Assembly: GCA_035084275.1 (NCBI GenBank)
Contig: CM068757.1
Location: 9,734,001-9,798,000 of the forward strand
Direction: 5' to 3'
DNA from: Hydrolagus colliei
Lineage: Eukaryota
DNA length: 64,000 nucleotides
Under the pieces are notes generated by a model. That model did no database searches, was not told the origin of the DNA, and saw only the letters and a program-made list of their open reading frames with translations. Below are positions 32,901 to 46,900 of this stretch, piece after piece. The position numbers and the translations under genes were made by a program. How positions within the stretch are numbered: position 1 is the stretch's first letter; each line of letters opens with the position of its first letter.

Positions 32901-34839
32901 CGGCCAATCTTTCCCTCCTATCTTTATATTTATCCACCAGCCTTGCCTACTCCAAAGCAAAACCTTTTTACATGTGATGGGTCATCCTGGTGTCTCCTGA
33001 TTCTTGGTGGTCCTTGCCCTGTTTTTCATTAGCCCTTTTCTTATCTTGACTAGCAGAGTGGCTCTTAAACATTCCTGTTTTCTCAAAGTATCTTATTGTA
33101 AAACACCTCCCCATTTTCCCAGGCATTCTGACCAGCTTTCTCTCTTGCCTTGTGACTCCTTAGCCCGTGAGAAGACATCGAGTAGCTTGACTGATGTATT
33201 TAACTGAATATGTTTTTCTGCCTTTGTCCTTCAACTTATCATGTCTACAAGAGCTAATGCCAGCCAAGCTACATTCCCGTCTTTTACAGACAGGGCTGAT
33301 TTCTGCAAGTTCTTAATTATTTTAAGATGCTAAATAGCACTGTGTGGTTCTGTTGTACACATCCTGCAAAGACTGTTACTTTTCTAAGTAACATAAAGAA
33401 AGTTATGTAACACTTATACCAATAATATTAATGCCATATTGCCATATATATATTTTTTAATTATTGCAAGTGGAGCAGGGCGAAGGTGTGGGATTTGGGC
33501 TTGTGGAACCTGGTGCATTGGAGGAAACAAACAGTAGAATTTTAGATTGCACTGTTTGCAGTGACTGCAATTTATGTTGTAATGGACTTATTCAAAGGAT
33601 GAATGAGAATCATTCCTATGGATAAATGAATCTACTTTAAGTGCCTTCACATGTGTGGCAACTATGGAGTTACATAGGTTAATGTAGCTAGAGATAATTA
33701 TATATTGTTGCATATTTTCTCAACACTTTATTGCTCAAATCCACTGGCATAGCTTGCACTATCTGACAAGCTTTTCCACTGCTTGTCCAGCTGGGACAAC
33801 CATACCCGATAACGCTTTGGATTGCTGAGTGCAAAGAATCCCTGAGTGCAAAGAATCCCTAACTCCAGTGATTGGTTTTCCCTTCCAAATCCTGCCAATA
33901 AGCATTAGCAATGCACTGGAGTACTGTGGACTCTTGTAATTTGACATTGATCCATGTAATTTCACATCGGTCCAGTAGAGTTCTAACATTTTGTTAGAAG
34001 ACCATTGCTGAGGCAGTATTGAGGCAATAAAGAAACCACCTGTACATACTGCAGTGTAATCAGGCAGAATGGGTTTGATGCTGACACTAGGCGATGCAAC
34101 AAAAAATAGGTACTAAATGTTGTACTTTAATGATCCAGCAAAAAACATTATTGTGTTGTGTAGATCGTATGGTATTGAGCTCAAACTTGCTTTCTGTTTT
34201 TGGGTTTCCATTCTGAGAGTACCATCTGCTTTTCGATCAACACTCTTGCAGAAAACGCCTTTCAACGGGGATGTTAAAAAAAAATTAAATTGATCATTAA
34301 CTTTATGGCTGTGAGACAAGATTAGCTGCTGCCATGGCCAACTCAACACACAATCACTCCCCTTTGCAGAAGCCTCTGGCGCAATGATAGCAAACTCAAA
34401 TCCAAGGATTATTATATTACTATTGTTATCATCTGAAAACAGAGCACCGTGAATTCACTGCAAGGTCCTGGTGGACTGGAGCCAAGCCAGAGAAGGATCT
34501 TTGTTATTTATCAAAAACCTTTGGACTTCGATCTCAGCCAATTTCAGTTGTCGGTTTTAAATTGATTACGTGCACGGTAAAGTGCACCTCATGTGTTTTG
34601 GTTTGGGTGTGATACCAAGCTGGTGCATTCACCCTGGTGTTTAACTGCAACTTTTCCATTTCCCAGTTAAGACAATTCGATTCAAAAGTAAATGTTAAAA
34701 CTAGATTTTGGGGAAAAACATTTGGCTACGTGGCTCCTCGGCTGTGCTAATGTTTGAATTCCGTTCCGAATAAGGACTTGATTGTGAACTTATACTTACA
34801 TTCGGTTAAAATCCTGGCTTTTCAAAAAGGGTGTGGAGC

Positions 34840-34862
34840 AGTGAAAGTGAAAGGGTGATTTC
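34840..34862 (+). promoter_or_regulatory. ISRE plus abutting kB-like site of gene 3
   Basis: AGTGAAAGTGAAAG overlapping GGGTGATTTCC, ~80 bp upstream of ATG. The kB call is weaker than the ISRE call. Confidence 0.7.
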
Positions 34863-34932
34863 CATGTACAAGTAGTGGGATAATCAGAGCAAGTCATTTT
34901 ATTTAAAAAATCCTGCTTCTGTGGAGGGAAGG

Positions 34933-37900
34933 ATGGCGATTCTTGCTTTGTGTGTTGTCGCTGTCTCCTTTATCTCAACATCAGGTAAGCAACTTTGAGC
35001 CCATCTCTTTCTCGTCCTCAAACCTGGGTTGGTTGTAAAATACGAGCAGAGGAACCACTCAGCTTCTCTCCAGCCTCTGTTGCATTTTCCATTCTCTACC
35101 TATTGTTTCTTTCAAAATAGAAATCTTTTATTTTCATCAATCAATTTCGCAAATGTCTAAAGTTACCATTGTAATTTTGGAAGTTGCTATAAATGTAAAC
35201 GACATAACCACGAAAGAGTAAGCAGCCTTTATAGCAAACTACCTATCGTTTGGCATTAATGGAGGGGCTAAATCTACTCTATTCGTGGAATATAGTAGGA
35301 ATCCTTGTATTTGACATTATATATAATCCTTGCATTTGATATGGTGTGCTATCATGTCTCCTAGACACCTCAAAGGGCTTCACAGAAAATACTGTAAAGA
35401 GAATTGCTGTGGATTAAGAGACCAAATTTTTTTAAAAAAATTTAAAGGGATTATAATCCCCACAAAAGTGATCTGCCAATTGACTAACAATCGGGTTTCT
35501 ACATACACCTAAGGTAAACATTTCAGATTGTCCAAAATTTGGCAGAATCTTGAATTTACTCTTAACTTTGAAGTTGGGTTTCTGTAATTCTTCAAGTAAA
35601 CTTGCATAAAAATGAGTGTATGGTGGAGTCCTGTAGTGCAATGGTTAGAGCAATTGCCTCAAAATTTGCCAAATTCTCGAAGCTCTGAAACTCTACATAC
35701 ACAGAGTGATCCTCTACATGGATGGAATACTGTACAGTCAAACCTGATTTCTACAACCCCCCAGTGGGTATTAAATAAGGATTGCTGTGCAGAGCAGCTC
35801 CAGGCTGGTTGTTGACAGGGGTTGGTTGCTGAACGGAGGTAGTTGCTTGAACAGGTTTGACTGTGTATCTCTCCTCAATACAACAAGAATAAATTACATT
35901 TGTAAAGACCACATCCCATAATGATAATGTCTCAGAATAATTTAGATCTTAACGTTTTGTACTCTAAATGCAATTAATACATTCAGCATTGACAGCTGCT
36001 TCCATTGGCTTTAGAAAGTACATGATAGATAGATGATGTGCAGGTTAAAGAGATTGTGCTTTTTCATGATTAGATGAAGCATCTTCCTGAGTAGGTGCTA
36101 GTTCATAGCAACATTTTATGAGGACGCGCAGAATACAATAGAGCAGTGTTCACCAACCTGTGACCTCTCTCCGAGCCAGGTGGTGGCTCGTAGAACACCC
36201 ACCACAGTCCAGGCAACTCTGCACCAAATTAATGCTTTGTTTTCAGTAGCTACTGAGTCCCAATACACATGGCACAGCCATAAATGAAAACAAATTCAAT
36301 AAAGCAAAACGAAATTGGTAGGCTGACCGTAAATGATGGAGAGCAATGCTGTATAGAGGAGCTGGTAGGCTGAGGAACAATGAGTCAACCAACATCCTTA
36401 GTTCTCTCATCTTATCACTTGCCTTGTTCTATCCCATCCAAAGAGTACTTTTGTTTCCTGTTCTTGCTTCCTGTGTACAGTATGTTGCATTTATCTGTAT
36501 TGATAAGAATTTGATGGACATGGTCAGGATATAACTTCATTTAATTCCTTTTTTTTTTCCAAATTAGCATTGGAAATGACGTTATTCAACAGTCCAATGA
36601 AAAGGCAAGTGAATGAGAACGTAGTCCTGGAATGCAAGGTGTCTGGTTACCTGGGCGGACAGATTAACCTCAAAATGGTAGGAGTTACGTGGTCTTTTGG
36701 GCCTAGCAAGAAACACGTGTATTCATATGCTGCAGGAAAAGCTTCTGTATACCGAAACAAGGCAAATATTTCTGAAGAGAATTTAAGGACAGGAGATGCC
36801 TCATTGTATCTCTCTAACATACAAATTGAGGAAGAAGGAGATTACACATGTTCGGTGATCGTAACCCCAGACAAAGTAGAAAAGACATCCACACTCCAAG
36901 TGTCAGGTAAGGGTCAACAATGCTCCATATTAAACATATTATAATGGGGAGAAATCCCACTTGATTCTAGAATTACTCTATTCATGTATATTTTCAGCAT
37001 CCAGAATTTGGCAAATGGTTGAATTGCGTGTTCACTCTGAAACTTTTTTTTTCATGGTTTTGTGGAAACATACAGAAATTAAGGTACAGTATTTAAGAAT
37101 TTGGGGGTGGAATGGCAAGTATATAGGGACTCCCTGGCATTGACATTGGCTCCAAGGTGATGTGTTGATGACGGAATGTTGGAATTGGGGCAATGGCGAT
37201 CATGGTCGTCTGGTTCCTGAGTTTGAACCCACTTTCTATATGAGTACTTTCTCACTCATGGATGAGAGTGCCAACTGAGCCTGGGTGATAATTAGGAAGA
37301 TGTGAATTGGAATACAGCTTGTAATGTGTGGAGTCCTGTAGCGCATTGATTAGAGCAATTGCCTCGCAGGCAGGAGGACCCAGGCTTGATTCATGGGCAA
37401 AGCCAAATGTTAGGCAAGATTGCTTACTTCACACGCCTCTGTTCACCTAGCAGTAAATTGGTACCCAGTTGTTAGTCGATCAGTGGATCGCTTATCTGGG
37501 GGTAATAATCCCTTTTAAAAAAAATGTAGCCACTCAATCCACGACTGTTTGTGGGACACTGCTGTGTTCAATTGACAGCCATGTTTGACCCACAAAATAC
37601 AGTCAATTTATTTTATAGTATATTCTGTGAAGTGCTTCAAAACATCTCAAAGATGGGATAAGGCGCTATATCTAATGCAAGTATTATTACTACTGTTATT
37701 ATTATGCCCCTCTGAAATGGCTTCCCAACTTTTCATTCCTCTTCTTTGCAGCCCAGCCAAATGTAATCCTGTTGCCACAGCCTTTTACAGTTCTTCTTGG
37801 TTCAACAACATTTGTGAAATGTAGTGCTACTGGATTTTACCCTCAGGAACTCGAAATCATCTGGTACAAGATATCACACGAGAAAACGCAAAACATTTCA

Positions 37901-40900
37901 GCAAAAAGCTACAATAAAGGACTTATTAAGAACAATAATAAAACGTTTAGCATTTCCAGCTTAATGCCCATTGTGCCAATTCTGGATGATACTGGGAGTA
38001 AGTACAGGTGTGTAGTGAAGCACCGGTCATTAGCTGAGGATCATGCCATGGAAGCGGAACTCCTTGTCCATGGTAGGTTTCATTTCCAAGAGGAATCCAT
38101 TACTTTATTTTTGTGCTGAATTTTTCTTTTTTATGCTCTTTACACGGTTTCAATACTGGAATAAATGATTGTCTCCAAGTTTTTGAAAAGAAAGTTCAGT
38201 GAATGCTGGGAAATGTCAGATTGGTACTTTGCCTACAAGAGAATCACAAGAAAGATTTGAGTAAAGGGTCCCATTGGCCCATTCGATCTTACATTTCTAG
38301 CATCAAGTTGATTCTTAAATGTGTCTTGTGCCTTTACTTACATTACCCTTGGTGGGATACCAATCCAGCAGTGTGAAACACTTTGAGACATAATGATCTG
38401 AAAGGGGCTGTATAACACCAATCAATCAGTCAGCCATAACATGAATTGGATAGTGTTTGTAATTTCAACCCTTAGAAATTTCTAAAGTTATTTGGGGATG
38501 GTTATCTGAGAGCTTGTATTGAATAACTTAAACAGTAAAGAGTTGATACCAAAATAAAGTTAGTTTTGCCTCAATGTAAGCACCTGGCCCATTCAGATCT
38601 TATATAAGTACAGTACTGTAAAATGGTTTACTGATTAGTTGCTTAAATTGATTCTCAATGTTTCAAGCAATTACAGAATGTAACAACCGTAATATTGGTG
38701 GATTCATTGGAGTAATCATTGCTCTGTTAGTGTGTGTCTCACTTCTCATCGGATTTGTTACCTGGGATAAACGGCGAAAAGGTAAGCTACTTTTATCTAC
38801 CTGAAAATACAAATTACTATTATTAAAATCTTCTATTATTTCCATATTTCATTGAAAGCTGTGTAGTTATAACCAAATAGGGATTTTCCTCACCAGAACC
38901 ACAATGCAGATGGAGCACAAGTAATAGTTAATAGTTAAACTAAGAAAGGTAGTTTTTGGACAATGTCGCCCATGAATGGGGTATCCCATTTAAACTGAGT
39001 GGTGCCTTTGTTACGCATGTACTAGGAAATTCCATCAGTGTTCACATCACCAAACCAACTGCAAAACAAGAACAAAATAACAACAAAATAATATTTGTAT
39101 AGTGCCTTTCACATCGGGAGGATGTCCCAAGGCGCTGAAACCCACAATGGAATTTTTACTTCTTAGTGTTTTACGGAGACTTTCTACATTATTGCATTTG
39201 GCCAGTTAGCCATTTTGGAAGATATTCTGTTATGAGTTTACCTAAATAATATTTACATTCCCACGCTGCAAAAACATGGTCTTCAAAATATTAAAGTTCC
39301 CACCAAACCATACAGTTTTATGAATTGTAAGCATTGTGAAATCATGCACTTTTGTTTCTGGTTATGTTCCCTAGGAAACAATAAGAAATCAAAGGATGAA
39401 GAAGAGCGTGAACCGTTGACTCAATCGGGTGAAGGGGCTAAAGCCACTGCTGATGTTTCTCAAGAACGAACCTTTGTATCAAATATTTACGAAACGGTCC
39501 CAGATAGTGGTCAACTTCAAACTTGTAACCTCACACAGAGAGAACTGCCCCAAACCCAAAAGGGTAAGTAAAATGTTAATGCTATCCTGGTATGGCACCT
39601 TGAAAGCCCTCCATGGCCTGGCTCCTTCCTACCTTTGTGACCTGCTAACTAAGTATTGACCTGAACGCTCCCTTTGCTCAGCAGGCTCAGCAGATTGTGG
39701 GGTGCCTGACCCACCCCACAATCAGGGGTTGAACATTCAACCTCTCTGCCCCCACCAGTTGGAGCTTCATCCCATAGTCCCTTCACCTTGCTACCTTCCC
39801 TTGACTCGTTCAAGGCACATCTCAAGACCCTTCTTTTCATCCTTGCCTTCGGTCACCTTCCTATTACTGTACTACCCTCATTGCCATATATCCCTACTGA
39901 ACCCAAACCCTGTCGTATCTAAATCCCTGACTGTCCTGCACCTTAGAACATCTTCCTGAAAGGCACTTTACACATTTCTTGTTGTTGGGAATGCACTGGA
40001 ATGCACTCAACTGGAGATGAGTGAGCCTGGCTGTCATCATGGATGATGCAATTTGGGATGTGTAATGGAGTCTCAACTATGGATGCGGTTTGAGCACTAT
40101 GGAATTGCTGTTTCTCTCTAGTGCCAATGTCATTTGGTTGATTTTGTTGTATCATAGATTTGACCGCACACAATGATGGGAAAAGTTCAAGTGAAGGCAA
40201 ACAAAAAGGAAACATCCTTAAGAAAACTGACCTAAAGTCAAAATTTGGAGAAAATGAAGGTTATTTTGAGCAAAGCGGTTTTCATAAATTGATGAAAGTT
40301 AAATGATATATTGAGTCCCATGTCAGCACGAGTAAAGATATAATCATGTGCATCAACCAATTCCATTGAACTTTATTATTTAGTTACTGGATGAAATAGT
40401 TGGGAATGTACATTTAGAGTTGTGCTACAATTCATATTGTCATTCATTTGAAAATGTTTCCATCAGTTCTTCTATTGCTGCAATTTCTGCTCATTACACC
40501 TTGTATTTTCCTGATCTCCATTATTTGATCATAGAAGTTCTGTCAAATGATGGAGAAACATCCAATGAAAGAGATAAACTCCTGGACCCTACAGTTGATG
40601 AGATACCTCAGGATGCAAATCTGCATGCAGCAAGCAATGCTGATCCAGGTGTAATAGCCCTAACAATAGAATTGATTGAGAATAATCTCCACTGAGAATA
40701 GGATCTTGCTTAAGTTAAACTAAGAAGGACTTCATTATGGAGTCATGCTCAATCATGCATGAGATCTGTGTTCGAATCCGCACAAGTCATGGCAAGACCT
40801 TGGGCAAAACCTTGGGCAAGCCTAATAATAATCCCTCCATAAAAAAACAAAATAAAAGAAATGCACTTAACAGTATATTCTGTGAAGCGCTTTGAGACGT

Positions 40901-43900
40901 CTAGAAGTCATATGTGCACTTGAGTCCCATACAGTTTTCTACAAAAAACGCTTATTATTCTTTGCACTGGTCATTTTTACAAGATGACAATGAAACGGCT
41001 AAATTGTAACTTTTTTTGTTCCGAAATAATCTTAAATCTTATTACAAATCACCTCCAAACTTCTAACGCTGCTTGCTACCGTACTTACTGGTTGCATTGA
41101 TGAATAATTGCTTGTAAAGTCCTGTGTTTCTAACAGTAACGCCAACAAAATTAGGTCATCACCTGTCATCATTGTCACCTGTAGATTGTCATGGCACAAA
41201 GACAGTTAATGTTACTGTAAGAATGACAAACGTAACTGTGCGAAAGTCATATTAAGTCGATTGATACAACTTAAGTGAGTTTGCCCAAATATGGTACTTG
41301 TATTTCGAATAAATCGTATTAAATGTTATCCCGATGCATACCACGTATGCGAGTTTACCTATATATAAATATAATTGAAAGCTTTGTTATTTAGCTACAT
41401 TATTCGAATCGTTTATCAACTCCAGGTCTGCATCCGGCACTGAATTCCAATTAGAAGTTTACAATGAGCGGCAGAGTTCCACCACTTGATGTATGTACAT
41501 GGTGCAGCAAGTTGTTTCCCCTCTGATTTCAATGTCTTTTGTTACATGTTTGTTTGAGTGAAACCCGTGAGACCCATGTTGATGGAAATATAAGTAAAGA
41601 CAAACAAAATGGAAACATCCCTGATAAAACTGAAACAAAACCAGAAAGTTTCACAGCAGTGAATAAGGCGGCTCCTGAACAAACAGATTTAGTATTGCTA
41701 GATCTGAAAGTGAAATAATATTTTGAATGAAGTCCCATTGTCAGCAATTATGAATTTTGGCACTTTGCACCTTGTGTTTTCACTGATGGGCCTTTCTGTT
41801 TTATTGCAGGATCTCCAGTAAACCGTGATCTGACAAACAATACAGATAAGCAATCGAACACCAAAGGTGACTCAACACCAAATGCAACAAATTTCACTGG
41901 TCACTGAATAACCTGATGAAATTTGTTAAAATTAAAGATAGCTACTTGTTGTATTTTCATTAGATGAGATGTGACTGTAAAAATGATTGTTTATTGAAAT
42001 GTAGGCTTTCTTGAGGTTAGATCTGATTTATTAATTTTTTCATGAGTAGCCTGTCACTTTCTATTGTGGTCTCAGCCACATACAGGCACGTCACTGGGTA
42101 TAGGAACGGCTAATTTAAATACAATGGAAGCCACTTAAACCGGACTTATCAGGGCAGCCTGTTTCATCTTAAGTGGCCTCGGAGGCTAATCAAATTTCTC
42201 TTATGTCTTCCGTCCAGCAGAGTAGTGGTGGTGGCACCTCCCCTTGTCATTACCCTTCCTATTGGACAGGAAGGGCAGTTAGTAGCATAACCAATGTGAT
42301 TGACAGCCTTTGGAATTCAATCCCTCTGTGCCTCTTTCCTAGCCTCCTTCAAGTCTCGACTCAAGACCCTACTCTTCGACCATGACATCGGTCATCCCCC
42401 TTCCCCAGCACCTTGGGATATCCTCCTGACATGAAAGGAGCTATACAAATGTAATTTTGTTGATGTTGAAGTCACTAGTGAATGGATGGGCTCAACCCAG
42501 TGTGAATCAAGTGTGATATGACAGCTCCCAATCCCTGCCTTATTTTTCCTCTATTCCTCTGCCCCCTCACGGTTTGACAACCCAAATCCACTTATAAATG
42601 GATGAAATCCACAGGCAATCAATCACAATTTGACCTTCCTATCTCTACGCGGAACCCCTTGTGGCTGAAAAAAGCTGCTCAAGACACAGAAGGTCTCCCC
42701 TCTCTATCTGGTTTGATATTATCCTCCACCATTTTTAAGCGTTCCAAGATGCTATCCCATGTGAAGGCACTGTATGAATCTTATGTAAAATAATTCAAAA
42801 TATAACTTATTAAGAATTTAAAGAGATTCATCTCTGTTCAACACAATATCTCGTATATTTGAGGCCAACGCATGTATGTAAATGGTGAAGAGTATTTGGC
42901 CTAAAACAGATCCCCGCAGAACACTGCTTACTTCTCTCATCAGTCTAAACGGTTGCCCTTCACTCCTATTCTTTGATTTCTTGTTCCTGCTGAATGTCGT
43001 ATTGGGCTTTACATTGTTTTCAGTGACCCTTGCTTTCCATGTTCTTTCAATGCAGTAGAAAAGATGATGAGCATTGAAGCAACTAAGACAACAGGAGGAT
43101 CTGGAGCAGAAAGAATCTCTGAACCTAAAATTGAAGAAGATACAGGTCAGTAAGCAAAAGAGAAAGACAAAGGTGAATATGAAGGTGAAGTTGGAAAGAA
43201 TAAAGCATGTGAGTTAAGTGGAAAGGCCTGATCCAATATAAAACATTAGATTGTATTAAAAATTTGTTTAAAATGAAAGATATCAAGGTTTGAATGAGAA
43301 TCATCTTTGTTGTAAAACATTTGTCTCGGAATCTCAAAGCTGGCTCTGGCCTTCTGCACATCCTTCATCTCCTTTCATCCACTTTTGGTGGTTGTGGTTT
43401 CAGCCACTGACTCCAAAGTGTGGAACTCCCTACCTCAATCCCCCTGCCTTCCCTTGCCCATCTTCAGATCGCACCTGAAGAACTTCCTCTTCAAAAATGC
43501 TTATGGTCACCTCCCCTCTCTATCTGGTTCGGTATTATTCTCCACCATTGTTAATCATTCCAAGATGCTTCCCCATGTGAAGGCACTGCATCAATGCAAT
43601 ATGTTGTTATTGTTGTAATGTACATTCCTTAGGCCTTCTTTGAAGTTACAGTTTTGAAGCTTTGTAGAATCCAATAATGTTGTTCTTGTTGGTTTTCACT
43701 CTGGCTCTTGCACTGATTTAAATGACCTGTGCTGTCCATCTTCTTTCAATCTAATAGCAGCAGAGACGGCAATCTCTGAACCAACAGGAGGAAATGGAGC
43801 AGATGGAAACCATGTTGCTCAAAATCAAGCAGCGATAGATTCAGGAGTAAATGAGGCAGTTGAAGAGAAAGTTGTTGTTGTTAAGGAAGAGACAAATGAC

Positions 43901-46900
43901 CATGATGCAAATGGTAAAATTGTACAGAAAAATGAAGGGAGTTGAATAGAAATGTCTGATCTAAAATAATCCCAAAACTTTCATGAGAAGTTATGAAGCC
44001 CTGCAGCCCAATTCTTAGAGCATTCGCCTCGCAAGTGAAGGCAACGTTGGGTTTCTGGCAGGGCATAATCTTGGGAAGTTTCCTTGAACTTGACATTAAC
44101 CCATTCAGAAAAATTAATCAATTGATCACCTCAATCCATGACTGTTTGTGGGACGCTGCTGTGCAAAATTGTCTGCTGTGTATTGCCCACAAATATACAG
44201 TCAATTCACGTTACAACATATTCTGTGAAGCCGTGAAGATGTCCAGAAGACATTAGAACATTTGCCTCACATGCTAGAGATCAAGGTTTGACTTCTGGCA
44301 GTGCAAAACCTTGGCAAGTTTCCCTGAGGTTGATAATATACAGATAATTCACTTTACAATATGTTCTGTGAAGCCCTGAAGATGTCTAGAAGATGTCAAA
44401 AGCACCATATCAAATGCAAGGATTATTATTACGATACAGTATCAAAGATTGAAGGAGAGTCATTTTGTTTAATGCTGCACCTGATATATTTGAGGCCAAT
44501 TCATGAATGTAGATGGTGAAGAGTATTCAGCCTAAAACAGATAGCTGCAGAACACCGTTTGCTTCTCTCATCAGTCTGAAAGGCTGCCGTTCACTCCTAT
44601 TCTTTGATTTCTTGTTCCTGCTGCCTGCCACATTAGGTATACATTGTTCTCAAAGATCCTTCTTTTCCATGTTCTTTCAATGCATCAGGAAACACGGTGA
44701 TCCCTCAAGCCACTCAGAGAACAGAAGTAAATGTAGTAGTTCCTGAACCTGATCCTAAAACTGAAGAAGAACCAAATCAGCAACCTAAAGAGAAAGTCAA
44801 AGGTGAATATAAAGGTGTTGGTGCAATTGGAAAGAATGAGGAATACGAGTTGAGTGGAATGGTCTGAACTAATATAAAACATTAGATTGTACTGTACCCC
44901 AAACTGTGGAACTCCCTGCCTCAGCTCTCTGCCTTTCCTTGTCCATCTTCAACAACAACAACAATAAATTACACTTATAGAGCCCCTTTCACGTTGGGCG
45001 GACTTCCCAAGGCGCTGAACCGTTAGATCGGGACCCGAGCGGGGTGGTGGGGTGGGAGGAGGGGCAGAGGAGTGGCAATGGTGTAGGAAAGGGGGGAGAG
45101 TAAGGAGGGCAGCAGAAGGCATAGTCGATGAGGAAGGTCTTGAGACTGGCCTTGAAGGAGAAATGGGAGGAAGCGAGGCGAATTGATTGCGGGATGGAAT
45201 TCCAGAATGTGGCGGCAGAGAGGCTGAAAGCCTGGCCACCGATGGTAGGGCGGTTTGGGCGAGGGACTAAAGTCCGCTGAATGGAGAGGACATGTAGGGT
45301 GATAGGGAGACAGCAGGTTGGAGAGATAGGCGGGGGCAAGGCCGTGAATGGCCTTGAAGGTGAGGATGAGCATCTGGTATTCGATCCCCTGCCGGATGGG
45401 GAGCCAGTGGAGACGGGCGAGGGTGGGAGTGATGAGGTCGCGGAGCCTAGTGAGGGAGAGTACATGAGCTGCAGAGTTCTGAACAATCTGCATCTTGTGA
45501 GGAGAGGAGCTGGGAAGGCCGACGAGGAGAGAGGTCCCGTGGTCGAGCCTTGAATTGATGAATGCGTGGACGAATGTTTCAGCCGCGTGAGGGGTGAGGC
45601 AGTGGTGGAGTCTAGCAATGTTGTGGAGGTCGTAGAAGGCAGTACCGGTCATGGCGCAGATTTGTGGGAGGAAGGACAGTTCTGGGTCACCTGAAGATCG
45701 CACCTGAAGAGTTTTCTCTTCAAACATGCATATTGTCACCTCTCCTCTCTATCTGGCTCAGTATCATTCTCCACCAATATTAAGCATTCCAATACGTTAC
45801 CCCATATGAAGGAGCTATATAAATGCAGGTTGTTGTTGGTGTTGGAATATAGGTTTGTGAGATCTTGTTTGAAGTATCAGTTCTGAAGCTTTATAGAATC
45901 CACTGATGTTGTTCTTGTTGCCTTTCACACTGGCTCTTGCGCTGTTTTCAATTATGACCTGTGCTTTCCGTGTTCTTTCGATGCAATAGCAAAAATGACA
46001 CTTTCTGAATCAACAGGAATAAATGGAGCAGATGGAAACCATGTTGCTCCAACTGAAGGAGAGAAAGGTTCAGGAAAACCTGAGAAAGTTGAAGAGAAAG
46101 AGAATGAGAATCCTTGCATTTGATATAGCACATATCACGTCTTCCCGACATCTCAATGCGCTTCACAGAATATACTGTAAAGTGAACTGACTGTATATTT
46201 CTGGGATGAAGGATTGATTTCTGGCAGTGCAAAACCTTGGCAAGTTTCCCTGAGGTTGCTAATATACAGTCAATTCACTTTACAATATGTTCTGTGAATC
46301 TCTGAAGATGTCTAGAAGATGTGAAAATCACCATATCAAATGCAAGGATTATTATTACTATACAGTATCAAAGATTGAAGGAGAGTCATTTTGTTTAATG
46401 CTACACCTGATATATTTGAGGCCAATTCATGAATGTAGATGGTGAAGAGTATTCAGCCTAAAACAGATAGCTGCAGAACACTGTTTGCTTCTCTCATCAG
46501 TCTGAAAGGCTGCCGTTCACTCCTATTCTTTGATTTCTTGTTCCTGCTGCCTGTCACATTGGGTATACATTGTTTTCAAAGACCCTTGTTTTCCATGTTC
46601 TGTCAATGCATCAGGAAACACGGTGATCCCTCAAGCCACTCAGAGAACAGGAGTAAGTGCAGTAGTTCCTGAAACTGATCCGAAAACTCAAGAAGCACCA
46701 AATCAGCAACCTGAAGAGAAAGTCAAAGGTGAATATAAAGGTGTTGGTGCAATTGGAAAGAATGAAGAATGCGAGTTGAGTGGAATGGTCTGAACTAATA
46801 TAAAACATTAGATTGTACTGTACCCCAAACTGTGGAACTCCCTGCCTCAGCTCTCTGCCTTTCCTTGTCCATCTTCAACAACAACAATAAATTACACTTA

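Noticed and set aside
33759-34349. Minus-strand ORFs upstream of gene 3 as a possible transposase or ERV relic
   Set aside because: No convincing integrase, RT or transposase motif could be identified by eye.
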